DNA from: Fonticula alba ATCC 38817
Taxonomy: Eukaryota > Protista > Nucleariida
Strand: one strand, 5' to 3'
Assembly (NCBI GenBank): GCA_000388065.2
Contig: KB932208.1
Length of the DNA stretch: 41,554 nt
Shown here one piece after another: positions 31,470 to 41,554 of this stretch (position 1 is the first letter of the stretch; every line of letters starts with the position of its first letter). The position numbers and the translations under genes are program-made. Under the pieces are notes generated by a model. The model searched no databases and was not told where the DNA came from. It saw nothing but the letters and a program-made list of their open reading frames with translations.

Positions 31470-32960
31470 TTAGTAGTAGAGCTCGTTGGTGGCGATGGTG
31501 AACTCGCCGAAGTCCTGGCCGGCCTTCCACTGGGGGACGTCGATCTTCTTGGCCAGCTCCTCGGGCGAGCCGGTCTGGGGGAAGTAGAGCTTCTCGCTGA
31601 AGTTGGGCTGCATGAAGACGGCCAGAGTGTTGCGGGCAATGCCGGCGGTCTCCAGACCAACCGGACCAATGACACAGTGCGGGGTGGCAGACAGGTGGCC
31701 ACCGGAGGCGATCTGCAGGGACTGGCCGAGCTGGAAGGCCAGACAGTCACGGGGAATGGGAGCCTATGCATGGAGAAGCCGGGAGAGGGGAGGGGGAGAG
31801 CGCCGAAGTCAGCATCGGGCAGAGAGCACCATCGGGGCGCGGGTCCGGCACAGCACGTGAGGGGACATGGGGGCTGTACCTTGAGGACGTCGCCGTTGCG
31901 GTTGCGGATGTACAGACCGGCAGTGGCGTCGGGCATGCTGGTCTCCTCATCGCCACGGTAGTAGCGAGCAGGGGTAAGACCTATTGGCGGAGGGCAGGGC
32001 CGACGAAGCAGAGCGGAGGGATGTCAGTCGAGTGTGTCTTCGATTTGGAGCGAGGGGATGTGACACGCGTGCGTGCGTGCAGGTGCGCAGCCAGGCACAC
32101 ATACCGGTCAGGGTGCCATGGTCGAGGTGCCAGCCTGGCGGGGAGGGGGCAAGGCGTGCGGGAGGGCGTCATGTGAGTGTGCGAGAGAGAAGCCGGGAGA
32201 CAGCAACAAAGGGGCATCCTGCCTACGCCGCAGGCAGCTGGCCTACTTACCGCACCAGGAGCCGGTGTCATCGGCACGAGAGGCAGGGGGGTTGTCAACC
32301 GGGAAGTAGTGCAGCAGCCGGCCCTTGGTGGCCTTGGAGTTCTTGATGACATTCTCGATGTAGTTGGCCGGGAAGTCGGCGATCTGAGAAGAAACTGCGG
32401 CAGGTGCAGATGGATGGAGATACAGACAGATGATGTGAGAAGCTGGTCGGGAGGAAGCGAGCAGGGGAGAAGAAAGAGCACCGGCAAATGAGTGCCCCCC
32501 CCCCCCCCCCGGTCAGGATGCCCTGCCTGGCCTTTGGGGTCGGAGCACGCACTGAACTTGTCGCAGTGGACAGCAAGGCGGGCGCCGGTGTCGACGATCA
32601 GCTGGCCGAGGGCCTTGAAGGCGCCCTCCAGCTGGGGGATCTCCTCGGTGGGCCAGACGTTGGGCTGGGCAAACTCGCGGTACTTGGCCAGCTCGGCCGG
32701 GTCGTCGGTCGGGGTGTCGCTCGAGGGGTTGGCATACCAAGAGCCCTTGGCGGTGTCGAAGACCCCCTGGAAGCGCTCCTTACCGTGCGACCAGCCAACC
32801 ATATAGCTCAGATCGGGGAACTCGTACTTGGCCTTCTCCTCGGCGGAGAGGCCGCCCAGGCGCGAGGCCAGGGGCAGCAGATCGCCGACCTTGTTCTCGA
32901 GCTCGGGAATGCCGCGGACCAGGATCAGGCCCAGGGCGCTGGGGTTGGAGCCGAAGGCGG

Positions 32961-32997
<37 letters not shown>

Positions 32998-33228
32998 GTC
33001 GCGAAGTGGTAGGCGGCAGGAGGGAGAGGCGGCAGGAGGGAGAGGCGGGTGATGTGTGAGCGGGGACACATATGTGCGTGAGGGCATGCGCGCGCTGGCA
33101 AAGACGTGCTCCCCGCACAGGGGTACACGTGGGCGCACCTCGATCTGGGCCGAGAGGTCGGCCTTGGGGTTGATGACATCGGCGTACTCAACGACGATGA
33201 CGTTGTCGGCGGTGCGGAACTCAGTCAT
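31470..33228 (-). CDS. 2-oxoglutarate/Fe(II)-dependent oxygenase (IPNS/DIOX-like fold); 6 exons (33228-33139, 32961-32553, 32394-32251, 32134-32105, 31980-31880, 31763-31470), about 355 aa
   Basis: AFG...LGLILVRGIP, VGWSHGKE, QPNVWP, RLLHYFP, facial triad W-H-L-D-H...ATP-H-CV, DCLAFQLGQSLQI and R-N-T-LAVFMQP. Spliced length is 1068 nt = 356 codons. Intron 2 must use the upstream of two AGs 11 nt apart to stay in frame. Confidence 0.9.
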
Positions 33229-34750
33229 GGTTGTGCGGCGGAGGGGGGGGGGGGGCTGTGTGAGGGAAGGAGGGCAGGAGAGAAACGGAGGAGGGAGGGG
33301 AACTGCTCGTCGGCTCTGTCAAGCAGGAGGATCCCCGGGAGCGGGAAATCCCCGGCTGAAATATCGCCCGCCGGTGGCGTGAAGTCGCCGATCCATGTAG
33401 GGCCCCCCCCCCCCCCCTCCGGGGGGGGGACAGGGGGCGCGATAGACGGGCCGAGAAGGGGAGAGAGGGGCGGGAGATGCGCGGGCAGGCGAAAACAACA
33501 ACACACTGCGTCGGCAGGGCCCCGGGCTTCTTCGGGAGGGAAAAGCGCGCGCAGCTTGTGTCCGGCCCATCTTCCCGGTCTCGTGCGAGGACGACGCCGG
33601 TGCGCAGGACTGGGGATGTTTATCTCGGGGGCCCGGCCGTGCGCCGTTGCGTGGTGGGCCCCCGATCTGGCCCTCCTCCCCAGCGGCAGGAGCCCACCAT
33701 GCCCCAACCCTCCGGCGGGTGGGCCTGTAGCCGCGCGACCGGACACGCCCGCCGGCCAAGTATAGAGCCCCCTTGTACGCCGCCTCACCGAGGCCTGCGA
33801 GAGGGGAGACCCGGGGGAGCCGGTGCACGTATGCGTGCCACCCGTGGCTCGTGCAGCCGCGTCATCGGCACGTGAAAGGTCCCCGACCCAACAGCCCCCG
33901 GCAGCCCTCCTCGTAGCCCTCGCAGTCCACCCAGCGCTGCCTGGCGGTGCATGGGCCCCCTGCCTTCGGTGACGGCGGCGGCGGCGGCGGCGGCGGCGGC
34001 GCACTTACTCATCCTCGCCCGGCTTACGCGGTGCGCACGGCCGGAGGGAATGATAACACGCACGCCAAAAGAGGCACCACAGGCCGGGAGCAGGCGAAAA
34101 TCCGGGGCCCAGGCGCTGGCCGCTTTTCCGGTCGACTCAAACTCGGCCGTGATGACTCACATGCTTGGGGAACTTTATTCCAATTTGTCCGAAAAGGGCG
34201 TGACGCAGATCACACGACCAGTGTCACACACCTCCGATCTTCCTGATGAAAATGGCCTCCGAAAGGGCGGATTGTGTTGGCCAGGGCATTTCCACGGCAC
34301 CTCCCCCTGAACTGGCAGACACTGGTGCAGCGGGGGGGGGGGGGGGGAGGGCAGCAGCCCCTGGTGTGTGCATGCCCGCGCGCGTGAGTGGCCCAGCGAA
34401 CAGGGCCGTGCAGCGTCTGGCCTTTGCCGGCTGGTGCTTGTTCTCGTTCAGGCCCGTTGTTCAATGCAGTGTTGCCGCTCCGGCCGCCGCCATGGGGTCG
34501 CACGCACCAGCCAGGTGGCGAGGAAGACAGCAGACGTCGGTCCTGCCTCGCTTCCAGGGCACGAGCTTGCGGTGGCAGGCTTGCAACGTTCAGGGCCCTG
34601 CGGCTCCCGGGTCGAATGGGTGGAGAGGGCCATGTACGATGCCTGCTTGCCCCCCCCCCCCCCCGCATCCCCCTGACCCTCCCCTCCCGCCTAAAGTGCC
34701 TCCTGGATCTCCTCCCTCCCCCATCTCACCTACCTCTCATCTTCCCCACC

Positions 34751-36834
34751 ATGGGCTCCATCTCCGAGCTTCTTTCCAAGCACACCGTGCGCATCCCTCC
34801 CGCCCCCCCCTCCAGTGCCTTGCTCTCTTTCCCCGGCCTCCCCCCTTCCCCTGANNNNNNNNNNNNNNNNNNNNNNNNNNNNNNNNNNNNNNNNNNNNNN
34901 NNNNNNNNNNNNNNNNNNNNNNNNNNNNNNNNNNNNNNNNNNNNNNNNNNNNNNNNNNNNNNNNNNNNNNNNNNNNNNNNNNNNNNNNNNNNNNNNNNNN
35001 NNNNNNNNNNNNNNNNNNNNNNNNNNNNNNNNNNNNNNNNNNNNNNNNCTGTACCTCCATTTGCCCTCTGCCCCCGCTCCCTTCATTCAGATCGGCGAGC
35101 TGCCGGCCCCGGCCAACGGCATCATCGAGGTCCAGTCGACTGCCACCCTGGAGGAGGCCTTCACCGTCCTCTCGCAGCATAACATCCTCTCGGTCCCGGT
35201 GTTCGACCCGGCCGCCGGGACGTACATCGGCTTCCTGGACACCCGTGACCTGATTGCCTTTGCGGTGTTCGCCACCGAGGAGGACCTGCAGGCCGCGCGT
35301 CTGGCCTCCGGCGGCTCGTGCCCGGGTGTCATGCCGGCCCAGCCCTCGACCTCCATTGATCGTCTGATTGCGGCCGCCGGCAAGTCGGGCTTCTCCAGCT
35401 CCACCGCCACCCAGGGCGGCCATCTGGCTCAGAGCTCGGTCTCCGTCGCTTGTGCGTCCTCTCCGGCCCCGGCGGCGAACCCTGTCTTCGACCTCCCGAG
35501 TGCGCACCTCGCGGGTGTCGTCCCTGGTGCTCTCCGCGACCTCTCCGGGGCGGGACGGGGCGGGACGGGGCGGGGCGAAGTGGTGGGGGTGGTGGTGGTG
35601 GTCTCACAATCGCACTTTACCAACTTGCCTTTCCTCCCTTGCCTTCCTCCCTCACTGCCCGGCATATGTGTTCGGCTTCAATGGTACTGACCTCCCCCGC
35701 ATGGCTCCTGACACTCCCTTGCTTTTGTTGTTTCCCTTTTGCGCAGACCTCGCCCGGCGCAACCCCTTCCGCTCCCTGCCGGCGGATGCGCCTCTGCTGG
35801 AGGCTGCGTGCATCCTCGGGAATGCTTCCTCTCGGCGTCTGGCGCAGCTTGGCCCCGACGGTCGCGTCTGCAAGATGATCTCCCAGTCTCTGATCCTGAA
35901 GTTCATCGACAACAATCTGGTACATATGCTTGCCGGGCTTCTTCTTTCCTCCCCTCTTCCCCTGTGCTCCGCTGCGGCCCTCCTTGCTGGCATAACCCAT
36001 GTTTTTGTCGGTGTCTGACAGCCGGCGTTGCCCATCTCTCGCTCCTCAGTCTAAGGTCCCCAAGTTTGCCAACCTCGTCGTGCGTGTTACCTCGCTGCCG
36101 TTTTCTTTTGTCACACCCTTCGGCTCCATCCACTGGGTGTTTCCCTTTCTGACCCCCCNNNNNNNNNNNNNNNNNNNNNNNNNNNNNNNNNNNNNNNNNN
36201 NNNNNNNNNNNNNNNNNNNNNNNNNNNNNNNNNNNNNNNNNNNNNNNNNNNNNNNNNNNNNNNNNNNNNNNNNNNNNNNNNNNNNNNNNNNNNNNNNNNN
36301 NNNNNNNNNNNNNNNNNNNNNNNNNNNNNNNNNNNNNNNNNNNNNNNNNNNNNNNNNNNNNNNNNNNNNNNNNNNNNNNNNNNNNNNNNNNNNNNNNNNN
36401 NNNNNNNNNNNNNNNNNNNNNNNNNNNNNNNNNNNCCCCCCGCCGCTCTCTTCCTGCCGTGCCATCCCCCACAGTGCTACCTGAAGAACCGTTCCTCTCT
36501 CCTGCAGGACATCATGAGCTTCCTTAAGACCATTCGTCAGGCGGAGATTGAGGACCGTGCGCCGGTCTTCTCCTGCCATCCCCACCACACCGTCGGCCAC
36601 GTCGTTCGCCTTCTGTCGGCCACCCGCGCCCACCGCCTGTTCGTCGTCGACGCCAAGCAGGCCCCCCTGCGTGTACGTGCCTCCCTCTGATTCCCGGTGC
36701 TTTCGCATTCTGCCCAGCCCTTCCCGCATCCTGACATCTCCCCCCCTCCCCCCCCCCCTCCTATCTCTCTCCCCCCTCCATGTACCCAGGTTGTCTCCAT
36801 TCGTGATGTCCTGAAGCTCGCCCTCGACCATTAG
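34751..36834 (+). CDS. Multi-CBS (Bateman) domain protein, AMPK-gamma/Sds23-like. Exons 34751-34786, 35091 to about 35450-35530 (donor unresolved), 35747-35919, 36050-36079, [exon inferred in gap 36159-36435], 36475-36672, 36790-36834
   Basis: CBS repeats ATLEEAFTVLSQHNILSVPVFD...YIGFLDTRDL, LARRNPFRSLPADAPLLEA...MISQSLILKFI and APVFSCHPHHTVGHVVRLLSATRAHRLFVVD...VVSIRDVL. Part of CBS3 is inferred to lie in the gap. Confidence 0.85.
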
Positions 36835-37355
36835 GTTTGCCCTATGAGACCTCGCAGTCCTGCTGCTTGTGCCCCCCCCCCCCCCCTCTTCCCGTCTCCA
36901 CCAATACATAGTTCGTTTTCCGTGCAAGACACAACTCGGTTGCTGGGTTGTCCCTTGCTGCCTGCTCCCCCTTCCCCCGGCTCCCGGTTTCCTGTCTCTG
37001 AGGGCAGTGATTGATAAATGCCCGCATCTAGGCTCACATTGCCGGGTATGGTAAGGTAGTGTATGCGGAGTGGCGGATCCGTGTATTTTTTTTCTTGGAA
37101 AACTCGATGATAGTGGCCCAGAAATCGGCACGTATATAATATGCATCTCTCTCTGTCCATTTTTCCTCCCTCTCTTTCTCCCTCACTCTCTCTCTCTCTC
37201 AAGAGAGGGGAAGGCAGTATCTGAAAAGAGACGAGAGGAGGAACATTTCGCCGCAAGGGACGGATATCGGGGGGAAAAGGCCGGAAACAGGGGCGGCGGC
37301 GGCGGCGGCGGCGGGGCAAAGCAAGGAGGGCAGGCCCGGACAAGGATGTGAAAAA

Positions 37356-38880
37356 TCACATTTCGCCATTGAACCGACGGAAGCTGTTCCGAAGGAAGGC
37401 CATCGGGCTGGAGTCGATCCCTGTCGCCGAGGATGACTGCGCGGAATCCACGCCGCCGGCATCATCCACGTCGGCCAGGAATCCGGACTGGTTGAAGTAC
37501 GGTTGGTCAAAGAGCGGGGGGGTCAGGTGCTCGAAGTCCTCCTCCTCCTCCTCCTCTTCCTGCTGAGAATGATACTGCTCAGTACCCTGGTCCTGCATGG
37601 GCATGGGGCTGCCGGTCGTCGGCAGGGCCGGGGTCGATTGCATGAGGCCAGGCTCCTCAATGTGGCCAGCACAGACGGGGCACTCCTCCGAAATGACCCC
37701 GCTGTCATGGCCGGCGGAGGTTGACAAAGCCGACAGGAAGAGGCAGCTCGGGTGGAAGACGTGCTGACCGGGACCGGTGCCATGGCATCCGCGCGGCAAG
37801 ACCAGCGCCCTGGCGCTGTCGAACTCCAACACACCCAGGCACATCATGCACCGGGGCGGGTGCCGGCCATCGGGGAAGAGCATTTGCAGAGTCCCAACGT
37901 GGACCCGTGTGCGCAGGTCGTCGCTCAAAATGCCGACATCCTCCTCGTCAATCTCCATCTGTCGGCTGGGGTCGACCATGGCCTCTGGCGAGGGCGGGTG
38001 GCTGAAGGGCCGTGTGATGGCAGCGGCCCCGGCCGGAGCCGCCGACGTGGCGGCCACATTGATGGCCGGCAGGGGGGCCTGCTGGTGGATGCGCGTGGCC
38101 GCCGCTCCGGGAGTCGTGGTATCAGTCATCCCCCCATTGCCGAGAGAGGCCGTGGACGAGGACTGGGAGATGCGCCAGCCGCTGCCGATCTCGGTGGAGC
38201 TGAGCACCGGCTCCAGAGGAATGCCAGTCGAGCTGGAGGCGTTGGGCCCTCCTCCTCGGGGGCTGGCGGCCGCGGCCCGGGGGCTAGCTGGGGCCCATGG
38301 GCTGGCCGAGCTCCGAGGGCTGGCAAGGGCATGGTGCATGGTGACCCGAGATGGGGCCGTCGCCCCGGCGATGGTCGCCCCCAGGGACACTGGGCGGCTG
38401 TTGGCCGGGCCCCCGCGGACGAGGAGATCCGCAGAAGAGGACGACTGGGACACCGGTGACGGGGGCCAGCGGTGCTGCTGTTGCTGGGGTTGCTGCGGGG
38501 GCTGCTGCATGCGCTGTGACTGCCGCATCAAATGGCTGGCCCCGCCCCCCATCGGTGACACCGGCATGGGACTGCCGGCGCCGCCGGTGCGTGCGAGGCC
38601 CTGCTCCACCTCGGCCAGGGTCCGTGGAAGATGGAGGCCGCTGCCGGAACGGCTGAGGTTCGACTCCGAGCCCGAGGGAGTAAGGGTCAAGGCCTGGAAG
38701 CGAGACGTCGCCACAGCACCACTGCGTGGGAGACCCCCACCGCTGCCGCTGCTACGACCACCAAGCGAGGACGACTCACTCAGGGACATGGATGACATGC
38801 GCATCAGATCCGAGTCGGACTGTGTCACCGTGGAAGGGATCCATGACAAAACCGGCGGAGGGGAGGCAGGGAGAAGCGTC

Positions 38881-38914
<34 letters not shown>

Positions 38915-40161
38915 CGCGTGCGCGTGTGCGTGTGCGTGTGCGTGCGCAAGAACAAGGGGATGGGAAAATAGAACACCGGAAGCTCGGCCGAAGAGGCCCG
39001 GGTATCACACCACCCTCCTTCCCTCGTTCCATGCCTGGCTCTCGCACGTACAGTTTGGAGAAGATGGTCCAGGAATTGGTCGACCGCGCTCTGGGCAGGC
39101 ACCGCGCTCGGGTCGCTGCTCGCCACTGCCGGCGAACGGGACGAGTCGGCCAGGTGGCCATTGTTCAACTGCCGGTCCAGCTGACGGGCATATGCGCGGT
39201 CTCGCATCTCAGCCAGGGCACGAGCGCGGGCTGCTTGCTCCTGTTCGCGGCGGAGCTTGCGCTCCAGGTCCTCGCTGGCCATGCGAGCCCGCTCGCGGGC
39301 CGCCTGCTCGCGAGCAATCTGCTCATGGGGCCGGGTGACCACCGAGCCCGGGACCGAGGGCCCGCCAATGTACTCATGCTGCGACACCGCCGGGCTGTAA
39401 AGAGGCGGAGTGGCACGACTGGTGCTTGGAGGAACTCGAGGAGCCGGTGCGACAGCCCGCCGCGGAGCCGTATCCCGAAGCTGTTCCGGACTCACAAACC
39501 CCGGTTGCTGGTACTGATGGTTGTGATACTGTGGCTGATGGCGGGACTGCGTTTGGTGGCGCGAGCTCGGCCGGTGCGACTGCTGGTGCGAGTGCTGGTG
39601 CGAGTGCTGGGGCTGCTCAGGCCACATGAATCCCGGGCCCGGGAGGGCACCAGACTCCATGGTCTCATCCCGGGAGAGAGACAGACGCCGACGGCCGGCG
39701 CGAGGTGGGGGGGCCAGCAGCTCGTCGCTGGAATCGGCATCAAGCACCGGATAGCGTTGAGGGACCCCGGGCTCGGGCCGGCTAACGAGCGGCGGGGTGC
39801 GACTTGTGCGCCCAGGCTGGGGCGACGTCGGCATGGCCACCAAGGCCGGCGACAGGAGCTCAGTCGCGAAGCCAACCCCAGTGCCCGGTCCAACGGCCGC
39901 ATGGAGATCTTCGGCCCGGCGTCGAGCCTGATGCACATCGGTCGGAATCATGGAGACCTCCAGCGGCGCAGCCAGGTCCGACTCCAAGAGGTGGTCGAAG
40001 GAGGGCGAGGTGTTTCCCGCACGCGAGTGTGCGTACACCTTGGTGACGTCGCGCTCGCCACGGCGGATGGCGTCGGTCCGAGCGTCGGCGTGTTCACGCG
40101 CACCAGCTCGGGCCAGCGCCACAGCCAAGGCGAAGTCATTGAGGCCCTCGGAGCCGGACAT
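37356..40161 (-). CDS. RING-H2 E3 ligase-like protein with a disordered body, a coiled coil and an MIU-like helix; 2 exons (40161-39052, 38819-37356), about 857 aa
   Basis: C-x2-C...C-x7-H-x2-H-x2-C...C-x2-C (CMMC...LPRGCHGTGPGQHVFHPSC...CPVC) at 37671-37850. Phase-0 intron GTACGT...CAG. An acceptor 2 nt before the ATG means the N-terminus could be longer. Confidence 0.75.
38882..38946. repeat. (TG)n/(CG)n/(GCGTGT)n microsatellite in the RING gene intron
   Basis: Read directly. Confidence 0.9.
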
Positions 40162-41554
40162 TTCTGGCAGCGGAGTATGCGAGATGGGAGGCGAGCTTCA
40201 AGACCAGCCGCCCGAGTGCATGCGGATGCGTGTGCGTGCGCGTGTGAGTTTGCTAGAAGCAACAAGAGAATGCTGAGCACGCTTGCGGGCGGAACGAGGG
40301 GGGGGGGGGGAGAAGGGTCTAACGAACCGACTGAGCAGGGACGATCACAGGCCAGCTGTAAGCGGGGTGGAGGAGTAAGGAAGAGACACTGAAGTAGATA
40401 TAGCGTGCGATCTGGAGAGGCAACGCAAGCGTGAAGGGGGAGGGGGGGGGGGGGAAGGATGGCAGCGCAGGGAAAAGGAGGTGTCCTATGCTCGGGGAGG
40501 GCGGGCGCTTCGTGGCGCCGGTGCGGCAAATAGTAGGCACGCAGAGATCCGGTCTTGCGTCGGGATTGCCTCGATCTCCCTGGCCCTTCCTCTGCATGCG
40601 CCGTACACGCCTCGGCATTCAGCCGTTTGGGAGCGCTGAGGGCATATGCAGGTCGTGCCCCAGCTGGTGCATGGGATGGTGGTGCCCAAGTCGCAGAGCC
40701 TCCTTCCCTGCCCGTCCCCACCACCACACGCCCAATGTGTGTGTGTGTGTGTGCATGCGCGGGAGAACGACCACCCACAGGGGGGGGGGGGCGGGGGCAG
40801 CCATCAGTTCTCCGGCAGCCCTTGCCATGGTCGCCACACTTGCATTCATCATGCAGCCTCGGAGCGGTTCTCCGAAGCTGATTCATGAAAAGGCCAGTGT
40901 GACTCTCTCTCCCCGTTCCCTCGGAGCACAGGGGGATAGACGTTGCCGATGGATGGCCGTAGCAAGGAGCAGGTGTGGTGATCGTTCTTCAGATGGCCCC
41001 TGCCCGCCGCGATTTTCCATGCCTCGGGCACCCTTTCACCCTGCAAGCGGGACTCGAGGCGACTGTCAACGCGTCCCCTCGAAGATCTCGGAGTGAGTCC
41101 CAAATAGGCCCCTCCTCCTCCTGCTCCTTCACACTGAGGGAGAAGACCTGCCCTGCCGGCCTCCTGAGCACGGATCTCCCCTGAAACCGATGGCCGGGGG
41201 TGAGACCCCCCGCTGGGGGGGGGGGGGGGGGGGGCACTCGAGGGGAGCCATTTTTCTGTTCGCTGGTGGATCGGGCGGGCCCTGATCGGCATGGCCTGGT
41301 CCGGCCCGGACTGGCCCGGCACTGCCCTCGGCGCCCGGGCCCCGGAAGACGCCAGGGACCTCTGAGTTTAGATATCCTGGTCCCTGCGGCCAGGGAAAAG
41401 AAGTAGGTCAGCACTTAGGCCGTTGGATTAAAGACTTCCAGAGAATGTGATTGTGGGGAAGGAGGGAGGAGGGGGCAAAACCGGAATATCGAGCCCCGCC
41501 CCGGCGGCGCAAGAGCACCCAAGCACGATCGAGCCCCACTCTGACCGTCTCTAA

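Noticed and set aside
34243-34265. CTGATGA...GAAA resembling a hammerhead ribozyme core
   Set aside because: The intervening AAATGGCCTCC cannot form stem II, and no stems I/III with a cleavage triplet are evident.
38657-38667. GGTTCGACTCC, a perfect Pol III B-box/T-loop string
   Set aside because: It lies antisense inside the RING coding exon (SGSESNLS), with no cloverleaf, A box or acceptor stem around it.
37777-40392. 871-aa plus-strand ORF (likewise 22115-23326 +, 28463-29962 -, 4022-4885 -, 10549-11712 -)
   Set aside because: These are antisense or off-frame shadows of real genes. Stop codons are scarce at this GC content, and the translations are Arg/Gly/Pro-rich with no domain motifs.
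1-41554. Recoding signals (selenocysteine, stop readthrough, frameshifts), rRNA, snRNA and telomerase template
   Set aside because: All frame changes are explained by GT-AG introns, and no in-frame stops remain in the gene models. By eye I found no U1, U2, U6, 5S, SRP or CTAACCCT motifs; an Infernal/Rfam scan would be needed to exclude divergent RNAs.

Overview
Eukaryotic, very GC-rich, intron-containing genomic DNA with five assembly gaps. The gene set and style (C-homopolymer introns, CA/CT microsatellites, Ala/Gly/Pro/Ser-inflated proteins) suggest a unicellular opisthokont such as Fonticula; this is an inference, not a database match. By hand I reconstruct ten protein-coding genes, left to right: an SLC25A39/40 (Mtm1)-type mitochondrial carrier (+), a REM-less CDC25 RasGEF with a dispersed C-terminal PH domain, i.e. 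RalGPS-like (+), a 128-aa PX-only protein (-), MIS12 with a 362-aa N-terminal extension (+), UNC-50/GMH1 (-), SEC6/EXOC3 (-), a Myb/SANT-like plus coiled-coil protein (+), a 2OG-Fe(II) oxygenase (-), a multi-CBS-domain protein (+) and a RING-H2 protein with an MIU-like helix (-). An initiator tRNA-Met(CAT) lies at 20564-20635. I found no transposase, reverse transcriptase, CRISPR array or rRNA, and most other ORFs in the track are GC-rich shadows. I cannot show a clear-cut new multi-gene system. The best leads are the extended MIS12, the RalGPS-like GEF with its split PH domain, the GT(A/G)CG(C/T) donor and poly-C acceptor splice code, a Harbinger-type Myb gene without a transposase partner, and a 30-nt exon carrying the oxygenase HxD motif.
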